A DNA stretch of 64,000 bases from Candidatus Latescibacterota bacterium. Lineage in GTDB: Bacteria; Latescibacterota; UBA2968; UBA8231. The stretch's first letter is position 1; each line of letters opens with the position of its first letter. Under the pieces are notes generated by a model that ran no database searches, had not been told where the DNA came from, and worked only from the letters and a program-made list of their open reading frames with translations. The DNA lies in NCBI GenBank assembly GCA_965223905.1, contig CBDCXV010000011.1, positions 1,280,001 through 1,344,000 on the forward strand, in the 5' to 3' direction. The translations under genes were made by a program, and so were the position numbers. Shown here one piece after another: positions 29,945 through 40,300 of the stretch.

Positions 29945-32900
29945 ATGAAGAATGCAATCGGCGGTCTCATGTGGCTGTTGTCGAGCCTGCACGCAGGAGC
30001 GGAGCCACTTGTGGAGGGGCGGGTCAGGCTGGCCTCGGGGGGACCGGCGGCCGGGGCGCAGGTGCTGCTGTTCGACCTGACCGACCTGCGCCTGGCGCCG
30101 GTCGCTGCGACCACCGATGAAGCGGGGTACTTCGCGCTGCCTTTCGGAGGGTTGCGGTCATGGGTGGCGGTTTTTCCGGAGCGGTTCGAGTTGGGGCAGA
30201 ACTATCCCAATCCATTCAATCCTTCCACCATAATCCCCTACCAGCTCCCGGCCTCGACCCGGGTGCGGCTCGAGATCTTCAACATCCTTGGACAGCGGGT
30301 GACGACCCTGGCCGACGGAGAGCGGGCGGCCGGCTTTCACACGGCTCGTTGGCACGCCACCGATTCCGCGGGGCGCGCCGTGGCCGCCGGGGTCTACTTC
30401 TACCGGCTGAAGGGCGAGGGGGTTCATCAGACCCGGCGCATGGTGTTGATCGACGGGCAGGCGGGGATTCCTTCGGCAGGGCCGGGCGGTCCGCCCGCCG
30501 CAGTCCTGGAGGCAGAGGAAACAACCCCGGTCTTCGGATTGGCCGTCTCGGGTGCGGGGCTTGTCCCCTACGTCGACCCCGCCTTCCGGGTGGAGGCGGG
30601 CATGGCTCCGGTGGACATCGTCGTCGAAGCTTCCGGCGGGATCCTGCATGCGAAGGTGGCCTCAGGCGGGATCCTGGGCGACGTCGACAACAACGGCCGG
30701 GTCGACATTTTCGACGCCCTGCTGGTTGCCGTGTACAGCGCCAATGCCAACCTCGTCATGCCGAACAACGGCGATATAACCCTCGGTGACGTCAACCGGG
30801 ACGGCCAGACGGATCTCACCGACGCCTACCACATCGCCACCTACACAGTGGATCCCTCCGATCCGACGCTGCCCGCAGGAATCGGGGAGGCCCTGGTCCA
30901 AGGGACGGCATCGCTGTCCCCCCTTCCCTCCACCGTCTCCTTCCAGGACGACGGAGTCTGGCACCGGTTTACGGTCCAGGCCGGCGAGCCGATCGTGGTG
31001 GTGGCCAATCCCACCGGAACCACCCCGCGTGTGGAGATCAACACCAGCAGCGGCTCCAATTACTGTCCGGCGGAAGCCGAGGACGACCGGGCGCGCCAGG
31101 ACGGTGAGGAAGTCTACCTCGCCGGCTGCTCCTCTGGTACGGGTACAGTTGAACTGCGACGGGCGTCCGACCAGACCGTCCTGCAAACCTATACCTTCAC
31201 GATACAGGGACAGGGAACAGGGGGAGGGGGAGGCGGCAATGCCCCCGACCTGATTGTCGAGACCCCTACGGTCACCAACAGCAGCCCGACCGCCGGCGCC
31301 TCCTTCACCCTGAGGGCCAGAGTCCGAAACCAAGGTGCGGCCCGGTCCAGCTCGACCACCCTGCGCTACTACCGCTCCACCGACGCGACGGTTTCCACCA
31401 GCGACACCCAGGTCGGCACCGACCTCGTGAGCAGCCTGTCCGCTTCCCGAACCAGCTCCGAGTCGATCAGCCTCCGCGCTCCCTCCAGCGCCGGAACCTA
31501 CTACTACGGCGCCTGTGTCGAGAGCGTCAGCAGCGAAACCAATACCGGGAACAACTGCTCCGCAGCGGTGACCGTAACCGTGGGCGCCGCACCGGCCCCG
31601 GATCTCCTCGTCGATGCTCCTACGGTCAGCAACAGCAGCCCGGCTGCCGGCGCCTCCTTCACCCTGAGGGCCACCGTACGAAACCAGGGTGCGGCCCGGT
31701 CCGGCTCAACCACCCTGCGCTACTACCGCTCCACCGACGCCACCGTTGACTCCAGTGACACCGAAGTCGGCACCGACCTGGTCAGCAGGCTGTCCGCTTC
31801 CCGAACCAGCTCCGAGTGGATCACCCTACGCGCACCTTCCAGCGCCGGTACCTACTACTACGGGGCCTGTGTCGAGAGCGTGAGCGGGGAAACCAATACC
31901 GGAAACAACTGCTCCGCTGCCGTAACCCTAACCGTGGGCGCCGCACCGGCCCCGGATCTCGTCGTCGATGCCCCAACGGTCACCACCAGCAGCCCGGCTG
32001 CCGGGGCCTCCTTCACCTTGAGGGCCACCGTCCGCAATCAGGGCGCCGCCCGGTCCAGCTCGACCACCCTGCGCTACTACCGATCCACCGACGCGACCGT
32101 TTCCACCAGCGACACCCAGGTCGGCACCGACCCGGTGAGCAGCCTGTCCGCTTCCCGAACCAGCTCCGAGTCGATCAGCCTACGCGCCCCCTCCAGCGCC
32201 GGGACCTACTACTACGGTGCCTGCGTCGAGAGCGTCAGCGGAGAAACCAATACCGGAAACAACTGCTCCGCTGCCGTGACCGTAACCGTGGGCGCCGCCC
32301 CTGCCCCCGACCTGGTCGTCGATGCCCCTACGGTCACCAACAGCAGCCCGGCTGCCGGGGCCTCCTTCACCTTGAGGGCCACCGTCCGCAACCAGGGAAC
32401 CGGGCGGTCCGCCACGACCACCCTGCGCTACTACCGCTCCACCGACGCGACGGTTTCCACCAGCGACACCCAGGTCGGCACCGACCCGGTGAGCAGCCTG
32501 TCCGCTTCCCGAACCAGCTCCGAGTCGATCAGCCTGAGCGCTCCCTCCAGCGCCGGGACCTACTACTACGGTGCCTGCGTCGAGAGCGTCAGCGGAGAAA
32601 CCAATACCGGCAACAACTGCTCCCCTGCCATAACCGTAACCGTGGGCGCCGCACCGGCCCCGGACTTGGTCGTCGATGCCCCTACGGTCACCAACAGCAG
32701 CCCGGCTGCCGGGGCCTCTTTCACCCTGAGGGCGACCGTCCGCAACCAGGGAACCGGGGGGTCCGCCACGACCACCCTGCGCTACTACCGATCCACCGAC
32801 GCGACGGTCTCCACCAGCGACACCCAGGTCGGAACCGACCCGGTGAGCAGCCTGTCCGCCTCCAGGACCAGTGCCGAATCGATCTTCCTCTCCGCCCCGT

Positions 32901-35900
32901 CGAGCGCGGGCACCTACTACTACGGCGCCTGCGTCGTCAACGTCAGCGGGGAAAGCAATACCGGGAACAACTGCTCCTCCGCAGTGACCGTAACCGTTCC
33001 CGGGACCGTCACTCAGCCAACACCCCAACCCGGGGCGTCGAAGCTGTACTGGTCGGATTGGGGGACGGACAAGATCCAGCGGGCCAACCTCGACGGCTCC
33101 GGGGTCGAAGACCTGATTTCCGGTGCCGGACTCAACGGTCCGGACGGGCTGTCTCTTGATCTGGCCGGCGGCAAGATCTACTGGGCGGATGCGGGCACCA
33201 ACAAGATCCAGCGGGCCAACCTCGACGGCTCCGGGGCCGAAGACCTCGTCACCGGCCTGGGGATTCCATACGGCCTGGCCCTGCACGTGGCCGGCGGCAA
33301 GATGTACTGGACCAACCGGCAGACGAACAAGATCCAACGGGCCAACCTCGACGGCTCCGGGGTCGAAGACCTCGTCACCAGCGGCTTGACTTTCCCCGGG
33401 GCGCTGGCACTCGACGCAGCCGGCGGCAAGATGTACTGGACGAACTCGGGCGCGACGAAGATCCAGCGGGCCAACCTGAGCGGCTCCAATGTCGAAGACC
33501 TCGTCACCAGCGGCTTGAGCAGTCCCACCGGGCTGGCACTAGACGTAGTCGGCGGCAAGATGTACTGGACCGACCGGGGCACGGACAAGATCCAGCGGGC
33601 CAACCTGAGCGGCTCCAATGTCGAAGACCTCGTCACCAGCGGTCTGAACACCCCCAGTGGGCTGGCCCTCGACGTTTCCGGCGGCAAGATCTACTGGGCC
33701 GACACGGGTACGGACAAGGTGCAGCGGGCCAATCTCAACGGCTCCGGGGTCGAGGACCTTCTCACCAGCTCCGACGGACTGGTCGATCCATCCGGTATCG
33801 CCATCGGGGGAACCGCCCAAACCGGGTCCGGAGGAGGAGGAGGAGGAGGAGGCGCAACGCAGACTCGGACGGCGTTTGAATCATCCACGCCATCAGGTTA
33901 CACCCGAATAACTCTGGACGATGGGGGTCGGGTTTGGGGAGTTCCTACAAAGTACACCGCTGATTCCAACACCGGTACCGTGGCATATATGGTGCTGGGA
34001 GGACTGAAGGAATGCGCCTTCGCAAATGCGGAAGCCGACCGGCAGAGCAAAGTGTACGTCAAGACACAGTCATTGGGGCACCTGTCCAATTATGAGTCGG
34101 ACACGGTGTGCCGGAAGACCAGTACCCAGTATTCTTCTTGGCCTGGGCTTCGGATCACACATATACGGTTTTTCGACGAAAGCAGTCCCACCAATGTCAG
34201 TGAGGCTGTTTACAATGCCTCAACCGGTCAAATAGAGCTTGGTGGCGGGGGTGATGGAGGCGGTGGTAGTAATGGCGGTGGTGACACCTCCCCGGCCCCC
34301 GACCTGGTCGTCGATGCCCCTACGGTCAGCAACAGCAGCCCGACCGCCGGCGCCTCATTCACCCTGAGGGCCACCGTCCGCAACCAGGGTGCCGCTCGGT
34401 CCGCCACCACCACCCTGCGCTACTACCGCTCCACCGACGCGACCGTTTCAACCGCAGACACCGAGGTCGGCACCGACCCGGTGACCACCCTGTCCGCCTC
34501 TCGCACCAGTTCGGAGTCGATCTTCCTTTCCGCCCCATCGAATGCCGGCACCTACTACTACGGGGCCTGCGTCGAGAGCGTCAGCGATGAGAGCGATACC
34601 GGAAACAACTGTTCCTCAGCCGTGACCGTTACCGTGGGCGCCGCACCTGCTCCTGACCTGATTGTCGATGCCCCTACGGTCAGCAACAGCAGCCCGACGG
34701 CCGGCGCCTCTTTCACCCTGAGGGCCACCGTCCGCAACCAGGGTGCCGCTCGGTCGGGCTCGACCACCCTGCGCTACTACCGCTCGACCGACGCGACGGT
34801 TTCCACCAGCGACACCGAGGTCGGCACCGACCCGGTGAGCACCCTGTCCGCTTCCCGAACCAGCTCCGAGTCGATCTTCCTCTCAGCCCCATCGAATGCG
34901 GGCACCTACTACTACGGCGCTTGCGTCGAGAGCGTCAGCGACGAAAGCGATACCGGGAACAACTGCTCCGCAGCCGTGACCGTAACCGTGGGCGCCGCAC
35001 CTGCCCCGGACATAGTGGTTGGTACGCCTCGCGCAAACCCCAGCACTCCGACCGCGGGAGCCTCCTTCATTCTGAGCGTCACAGTAGAAAACCAGGGCAA
35101 TGGTCAGGCGGCGGCGACTACCCTGCGCTTCTACCGCTCGACCGACGCGACGATCTCTTCCAGCGACACACAGCTGGACACGGACTCGGTGCCACTTCTT
35201 GGCACAGGTGGAGGGTACGTTGCAAATACCAATCCGACTGCCCCTTCCAGCGCCGGAACCTACTACTACGGTGCCTGTGTCGAGAGCGTCAGCGGAGAAA
35301 CCAATACCGGAAACAACTGCTCCGCAGCCGTGACATTAACCGTGGGCGCCGCACCGGCCCCCGATCTCGTCGTCGATGCCCCTACGGTCACCAACAGCAG
35401 CCCGACGGCCGGCGCCTCCTTCACCCTGAGCGCCACCGTCCGCAACCAGGGTACCGGTCGGGCCGGCTCGACCACCCTGCGCTACTACCGATCCACCGAC
35501 GCGACGGTTTCCACCAGCGACACCGAGGTCGGCACCGACCCGGTGAGCAGCCTGTCAGCCTCCAGGACCAGCTCCGAGTCGATCAGCCTCAGCGCTCCCT
35601 CCAGTGCCGGCACCTACTACTACGGCGCCTGCGCCGAGAGCGTCAGCGGGGAAAGCAACACCGGGAACAACTGCTCCGCAGCCGTGACCGTAACCGTGGG
35701 CGCCGCCCCAGCCCCGGACCTGGTCGTCGATGCCCCTACGGTCAGCAACAGCAGCCCGACTGCCGGCGCCTCCTTCACCTTGAGTGCCACGGTCCGCAAC
35801 CAGGGAACCGGGGGGGCTGGCTCGACCACTCTGCGCTACTACCGCTCCACCGACGCGACGGTTTCAACCGGAGACAGCCAGGTCGGCACCGACCCGGTGA

Positions 35901-37135
35901 GCAGCCTGTCAGCCTCCAGGACCAGCTCCGAGTCGATCAGCCTCAGCGCCCCCTCCACCACCGGCACCTACTACTACGGGGCTTGCGTCGAGAGCGTCAG
36001 CGATGAAAGCGATACCGGAAACAACTGCTCCTCGGCCGTAACCGTAACCGTCTCTGCGACCGTCACTCAGCCAGAGCCCCAACCCGACGGGGCGTCGAAG
36101 CTGTACTGGTCGGACTGGGGCACGGACAAGATCCAACGCGCCGACCTCGACGGCTCCAATGTCGAAGACCTGGTGACAACCGGACTGGATGGACCGGACG
36201 GGCTGGCCGTGGACGCGGCCGCCGGCAAGCTGTACTGGACCGACGCGGGCACTGCCAAGATTCAGCGGGCCGACCTCGACGGCTCCAATGTCGAAAACCT
36301 GATCACAAGCGGTCTGGGGATCCCATACGGTCTGGCCCTGGATGTTTCAGGCGGCAAGATGTACTGGACCGACCGGCAGTCGTCCAAGATCCAGCGGGCC
36401 GACCTCGACGGCTCCAATGTCGAAGACCTCCTGACCCTGGCCGGATTGGCTTTTCCAGCAGAAATAGCCGTCGACGTGGCCGGCGGAAAGATCTACTGGA
36501 CGAACCCGGGAGCGGACAAGATTCAACGGGCCGATCTGGACGGCTCCAATCTCGAAGACCTGGTAACCATAACCAGCGGTTCGGCCAGCCCCAACGGGGT
36601 GGCCCTGGACGTGGCCGGCGGCAAGATCTACTGGACCGACCGGGGCACGGACAAGATCCAGCGGGCCGATTTGAACGGCTCCAATGTCCAAGACCTGGTA
36701 ACCAGCGGGCTGAGCGGTCCCAATGGTCTGGACCTGGACGTAGCGGGGGGCAAGATCTACTGGACCGACGCGGAGACGAACAAGCTGCAGCGAGCAAACC
36801 TCGACGGTTCCGGAGTCGAGGACCTTCTCACCAGCTCCGACGGACTGGTCGATCCATCGGGGTTGGCCCTGGGAGCCGAGAGCGCCAGTGGCAGCAACGG
36901 CGGTAGCAGCAACACCTATGGAGTGGGCGATGCGCTCCCGAATGTCCCCACCGGTTCCTTCTTTCCAGCGCGCCTTACCGGTGGTGCAAGTCTTACCAGC
37001 TCTGGGAGCACGACGACAATCACTTTCAACAATGGCGGCCAGATGGAACTGCAGGATGGAACCACTTATACCTGTATTGCAACAGGGGGATGCAGGGTCG
37101 AGAACGGACGCGTCACCATGGGGGAATTTGAATAG
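29945..37135 (+). CDS. 2396-aa secreted modular protein: N-proximal FlgD/CTD-like, dockerin-like, 5x CARDB, YWTD propeller, unique domain, 5x CARDB, YWTD propeller
   Basis: Paralog of 18493..21615; ten ~118-aa PDLxV..YYYGACV..NNCS units and two YWTD blocks. Confidence 0.9.
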   Translation: MKNAIGGLMWLLSSLHAGAEPLVEGRVRLASGGPAAGAQVLLFDLTDLRLAPVAATTDEAGYFALPFGGLRSWVAVFPERFELGQNYPNPFNPSTIIPYQLPASTRVRLEIFNILGQRVTTLADGERAAGFHTARWHATDSAGRAVAAGVYFYRLKGEGVHQTRRMVLIDGQAGIPSAGPGGPPAAVLEAEETTPVFGLAVSGAGLVPYVDPAFRVEAGMAPVDIVVEASGGILHAKVASGGILGDVDNNGRVDIFDALLVAVYSANANLVMPNNGDITLGDVNRDGQTDLTDAYHIATYTVDPSDPTLPAGIGEALVQGTASLSPLPSTVSFQDDGVWHRFTVQAGEPIVVVANPTGTTPRVEINTSSGSNYCPAEAEDDRARQDGEEVYLAGCSSGTGTVELRRASDQTVLQTYTFTIQGQGTGGGGGGNAPDLIVETPTVTNSSPTAGASFTLRARVRNQGAARSSSTTLRYYRSTDATVSTSDTQVGTDLVSSLSASRTSSESISLRAPSSAGTYYYGACVESVSSETNTGNNCSAAVTVTVGAAPAPDLLVDAPTVSNSSPAAGASFTLRATVRNQGAARSGSTTLRYYRSTDATVDSSDTEVGTDLVSRLSASRTSSEWITLRAPSSAGTYYYGACVESVSGETNTGNNCSAAVTLTVGAAPAPDLVVDAPTVTTSSPAAGASFTLRATVRNQGAARSSSTTLRYYRSTDATVSTSDTQVGTDPVSSLSASRTSSESISLRAPSSAGTYYYGACVESVSGETNTGNNCSAAVTVTVGAAPAPDLVVDAPTVTNSSPAAGASFTLRATVRNQGTGRSATTTLRYYRSTDATVSTSDTQVGTDPVSSLSASRTSSESISLSAPSSAGTYYYGACVESVSGETNTGNNCSPAITVTVGAAPAPDLVVDAPTVTNSSPAAGASFTLRATVRNQGTGGSATTTLRYYRSTDATVSTSDTQVGTDPVSSLSASRTSAESIFLSAPSSAGTYYYGACVVNVSGESNTGNNCSSAVTVTVPGTVTQPTPQPGASKLYWSDWGTDKIQRANLDGSGVEDLISGAGLNGPDGLSLDLAGGKIYWADAGTNKIQRANLDGSGAEDLVTGLGIPYGLALHVAGGKMYWTNRQTNKIQRANLDGSGVEDLVTSGLTFPGALALDAAGGKMYWTNSGATKIQRANLSGSNVEDLVTSGLSSPTGLALDVVGGKMYWTDRGTDKIQRANLSGSNVEDLVTSGLNTPSGLALDVSGGKIYWADTGTDKVQRANLNGSGVEDLLTSSDGLVDPSGIAIGGTAQTGSGGGGGGGGATQTRTAFESSTPSGYTRITLDDGGRVWGVPTKYTADSNTGTVAYMVLGGLKECAFANAEADRQSKVYVKTQSLGHLSNYESDTVCRKTSTQYSSWPGLRITHIRFFDESSPTNVSEAVYNASTGQIELGGGGDGGGGSNGGGDTSPAPDLVVDAPTVSNSSPTAGASFTLRATVRNQGAARSATTTLRYYRSTDATVSTADTEVGTDPVTTLSASRTSSESIFLSAPSNAGTYYYGACVESVSDESDTGNNCSSAVTVTVGAAPAPDLIVDAPTVSNSSPTAGASFTLRATVRNQGAARSGSTTLRYYRSTDATVSTSDTEVGTDPVSTLSASRTSSESIFLSAPSNAGTYYYGACVESVSDESDTGNNCSAAVTVTVGAAPAPDIVVGTPRANPSTPTAGASFILSVTVENQGNGQAAATTLRFYRSTDATISSSDTQLDTDSVPLLGTGGGYVANTNPTAPSSAGTYYYGACVESVSGETNTGNNCSAAVTLTVGAAPAPDLVVDAPTVTNSSPTAGASFTLSATVRNQGTGRAGSTTLRYYRSTDATVSTSDTEVGTDPVSSLSASRTSSESISLSAPSSAGTYYYGACAESVSGESNTGNNCSAAVTVTVGAAPAPDLVVDAPTVSNSSPTAGASFTLSATVRNQGTGGAGSTTLRYYRSTDATVSTGDSQVGTDPVSSLSASRTSSESISLSAPSTTGTYYYGACVESVSDESDTGNNCSSAVTVTVSATVTQPEPQPDGASKLYWSDWGTDKIQRADLDGSNVEDLVTTGLDGPDGLAVDAAAGKLYWTDAGTAKIQRADLDGSNVENLITSGLGIPYGLALDVSGGKMYWTDRQSSKIQRADLDGSNVEDLLTLAGLAFPAEIAVDVAGGKIYWTNPGADKIQRADLDGSNLEDLVTITSGSASPNGVALDVAGGKIYWTDRGTDKIQRADLNGSNVQDLVTSGLSGPNGLDLDVAGGKIYWTDAETNKLQRANLDGSGVEDLLTSSDGLVDPSGLALGAESASGSNGGSSNTYGVGDALPNVPTGSFFPARLTGGASLTSSGSTTTITFNNGGQMELQDGTTYTCIATGGCRVENGRVTMGEFE
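31241..33000 (+). repeat. Five tandem 354-bp CARDB-coding repeats
   Basis: Near-identical units; the antisense shadow ORFs recur at 354-bp multiples (31504, 32212, 32566). Confidence 0.9.
34291..36055 (+). repeat. Five tandem 354-bp CARDB-coding repeats (third unit divergent)
   Basis: Same unit as above; shadow ORFs at 34558, 34912, 35266 and 35620. Confidence 0.9.
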
Positions 37136-37186
37136 GCATTCCTGACCGATGAAAAGCCCAAGCACGAATCGGGAAAATCCCCCCGG

Positions 37187-37271
37187 GGCCGATCGTTCCA
37201 TGGCAGGGGAATCTACTGGCTGGTAAGGGCCGGGGGCGTCCTGAGGCAGAAACTCACTTTTTCAACGGTGA
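37187..37271 (+). pseudogene. Degenerate relic of the C-terminal sorting-domain tail of a lost paralog
   Basis: Reads GRS..GIYWLVRAGGVLRQKLTF(Q)R*, compared with GRPLASGVYLYRLVGAETVLTQKLTLLR* in neighbouring genes. Confidence 0.5.
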
Positions 37272-37337
37272 GCGAACGGTTTGCCAGAATTCCAGCAGGG
37301 GTTGCGGGACATCGAAAGGAACAGGGGGCATTACCCT

Positions 37338-40300
37338 ATGAAAACTCCCGTTTTTCTTTCTGCCTTCATGGGGTTGCCCGCTTTTTTTCTTACACCGCTG
37401 GCTGTCGCCTATGCTTCTCCTCTTCCACCCGACCGCGTGCATTTCTGCCAGCCCGTCGATCCCGACCAGTTGAACCGCCATCAGTACCCTCCTTCCGCAA
37501 AGCGCCTGCAGGATCTGAACGTCGGCGAACCGCGCACCGTGCGGCTCTTCTACTTCCTGCCCAACGACCGGCCGTATCGCACCGAGGTCGTCGATTCGCT
37601 GAAATCGGGGATTCTTGATCTCCAAACCTTCTTCGCCGACCAGATGGAGACGCATGGGCACGGTCGCAAAACTTTCGATTTTGAAACCGATGACCAAGGC
37701 GACCCGATCGTCCACCGCGTCGATGGGGACTCCTCCGACAGCCACTACAGCAGCCGAGGTTATACAGAGGGCGAGATTAAACGAGCATTCGACAACTCTG
37801 CCAATATCATACTGATCGTCATGGACGTTAGTGCCAGATCCGTGCATGGAGTCGGAACAGGCTCGAAGGGCAGCGGATGGGCGATGATTTACGGCGAATG
37901 GAACTGGTTTGCCGCCGCGCATGAACTTGGGCATTCCTTCGGTTTGCACCATGACTTCCGTGATAATGAATACATAATGTCGTACGGGCGAGCGGATCGG
38001 GCATCAGCGAAATTGTCACCTTGCGCCGCCAAGTTTCTAGCGGCGAATCCATACTTCAATTCCGATGTCCCACTTCAAAATGAATCGTCCCCCACGGTGG
38101 AGCTTGTTTCATCTTCTGAGTATCCTTTCGGATCAGCAAGTATGCCCGTCCAACTGAGAGTTCGAGATGATGATGGACTTCACCAGTTAATCCTGTTCGT
38201 GATGCCCAAAAACCCCTTTTTGGGCGGCACTCCCGAAGTGAAAGCGTGTCATGGATTGTCGGCTGAAACAGATACCGTTGTTGAATTCAACTTTGATGGC
38301 AGGCTTCCGTCCGACAACGTCGGCACTAGCCCTGAGGCTCATACGACGCTTTCCAACACGGTTCAGCATCGAATTCATGTCATAGCGGTCGATACAGATG
38401 GCAATCGGAATAATATCCCCAATAGCGATAAGCAGTTTAATCTTGAGGCAGGGCATTCGCGGCAACACATCGCCACAGTTGACCGGCCTTATTACTATGA
38501 CATCGGCGGCATGGCGATTTCTCATGATGGCTCGCATTTGGCGATCGGGACGGGAGGTATAGTCGAATTGATGGACGCTACGGAAAGGGAACGCATAACC
38601 GACTTTCGCCATACCGAGGGCAACAGATACACGAACTGGTCCGTCGCTTTTTCACACGACGGGACGCTGCTCGCTTCCGGATCGGCGAATGGCACAATCA
38701 AGGTGTGGAACGTGAACACAAGAGAAGAAGCCGCCTCGCTCGACGGGCATACGGGCCAGGTTCTGGCTCTGGACTTTTCGCCCGATGGAACGCTGCTCGC
38801 TTCAGGGTCTCGGGATAACACGGTCAGGCTGTGGAACGTGGCAACAGAAGCACATGTCGCTACGCTTGAAGGACATACGGATGGGATTGTCTCACTCGAC
38901 TTTCTTCCTGGTGGGAAGCTCGCCACCAAATCCTGGCGGGATGGAACAGTCAGGATTTGGGATGTGCAAACGAGGTCACAGAACTCCACCATTAACACGG
39001 ATGCGGTTGGCACCGTGGCGTTGTCACCGGATGGTGCAACTCTCGCATCATCGATTTCCTGGGCCATCAAGCTATGGAGTCTGTCGACAGGAGTACAGAC
39101 CGGCGCCCTCAACCATATGCGGGAATACAATTACGCGCAGCTGGCGTTTTCGCCCGATGGAACAATCCTCGCGGTAACCGCAAATGGATTGATTGAAATA
39201 TGGAACGTTCCGACGAGAGAACTCCTGGCCACCATTTCAGGGGGACCGGGAGGGGTGGGAAGGATGTTATTTTCACCCAATGGAAAGCAACTGATCGGCA
39301 CTGCGGACAAGGGGATCAAATTCTGGGACGTGTCCGAGTGGACCGCTCCCATTACCGCCGTCAGCCAGCGCACCTCTCAAGTTCGTGAGGCGATTCTCGG
39401 CGTAGTCCGCCTTGATTATCCGAACATCTCCAGCTATGCAGACATTACCGGGACGCATCTTGCGGAGATTACTGCCCTGTATCTCAACGATAGAGACATA
39501 ACCTCCTTGAAACCCGGAGATTTTGAAGGGCTCACAAGTTTGGAAGAACTCCGACTGTGGGGTAATCAACTTACGAGTCTGCCTGAGGACATTTTCTCCG
39601 GGCTATCTTCCCTGGCAACGCTTCGCTTCGGCCTCAACCAGTTGACGACACTGCCAGCAGATCTATTGGAAGGACTCTCCTCGTTGACAGACCTTCGTAT
39701 GATCGGCAACCAGTTGACCTCGCTTCCAGATGGCATTTTTGAAGGACTGACCGGGCTGTCCAGACTCGCTTTGCAGAGTAACTCTGTTGATCCCCTGCTC
39801 CTCACCGTATCCCTGAGGAAATCCGGAGAGGGGCAGTTCAGGGCCGTAGCACCTACCGGTGCACCCTTTGATATTGTCCTGCCGCTCAATGTTGCGAACG
39901 GCAGTATCAACGGCGGCGCAACTACGATCACCATACCTGCCGGCACTGTGGAAAGCGATGCGCTCACTGTGACCCGCACCCCCGGCACGACATTCCCTGT
40001 CACCGTGGATATCGGCACCTTGCCGGGATTGCCCAGTAACCATTTCGGTTACGAACTCGTCAAATCCGCCGACATGCCATTGGAGGTTATCGATCCTTTG
40101 GCGGGAGGCAACACCCCCGTCTGTGACCGCACGCCGCAGGTGCGCGACGAGATTGTGCGTGTGATTCCCGGCGTAAGCGATTGCCGTAATGTAACCGAAG
40201 CCCATCTCGCTGGGATCAGGGGACGTTTCACCATGAGCTACCCCTCCACTACAGTACTAAAAGCCGGGGATTTTTCCGGGTTGACGGCAGTAACACGTCT

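Noticed and set aside
31241-36055. Repeats as CRISPR array or DGR template/variable repeats
   Set aside because: Units are 354-bp in-frame coding repeats without unique spacers; no cas or reverse transcriptase gene is present and no adenine-specific variation was evident.
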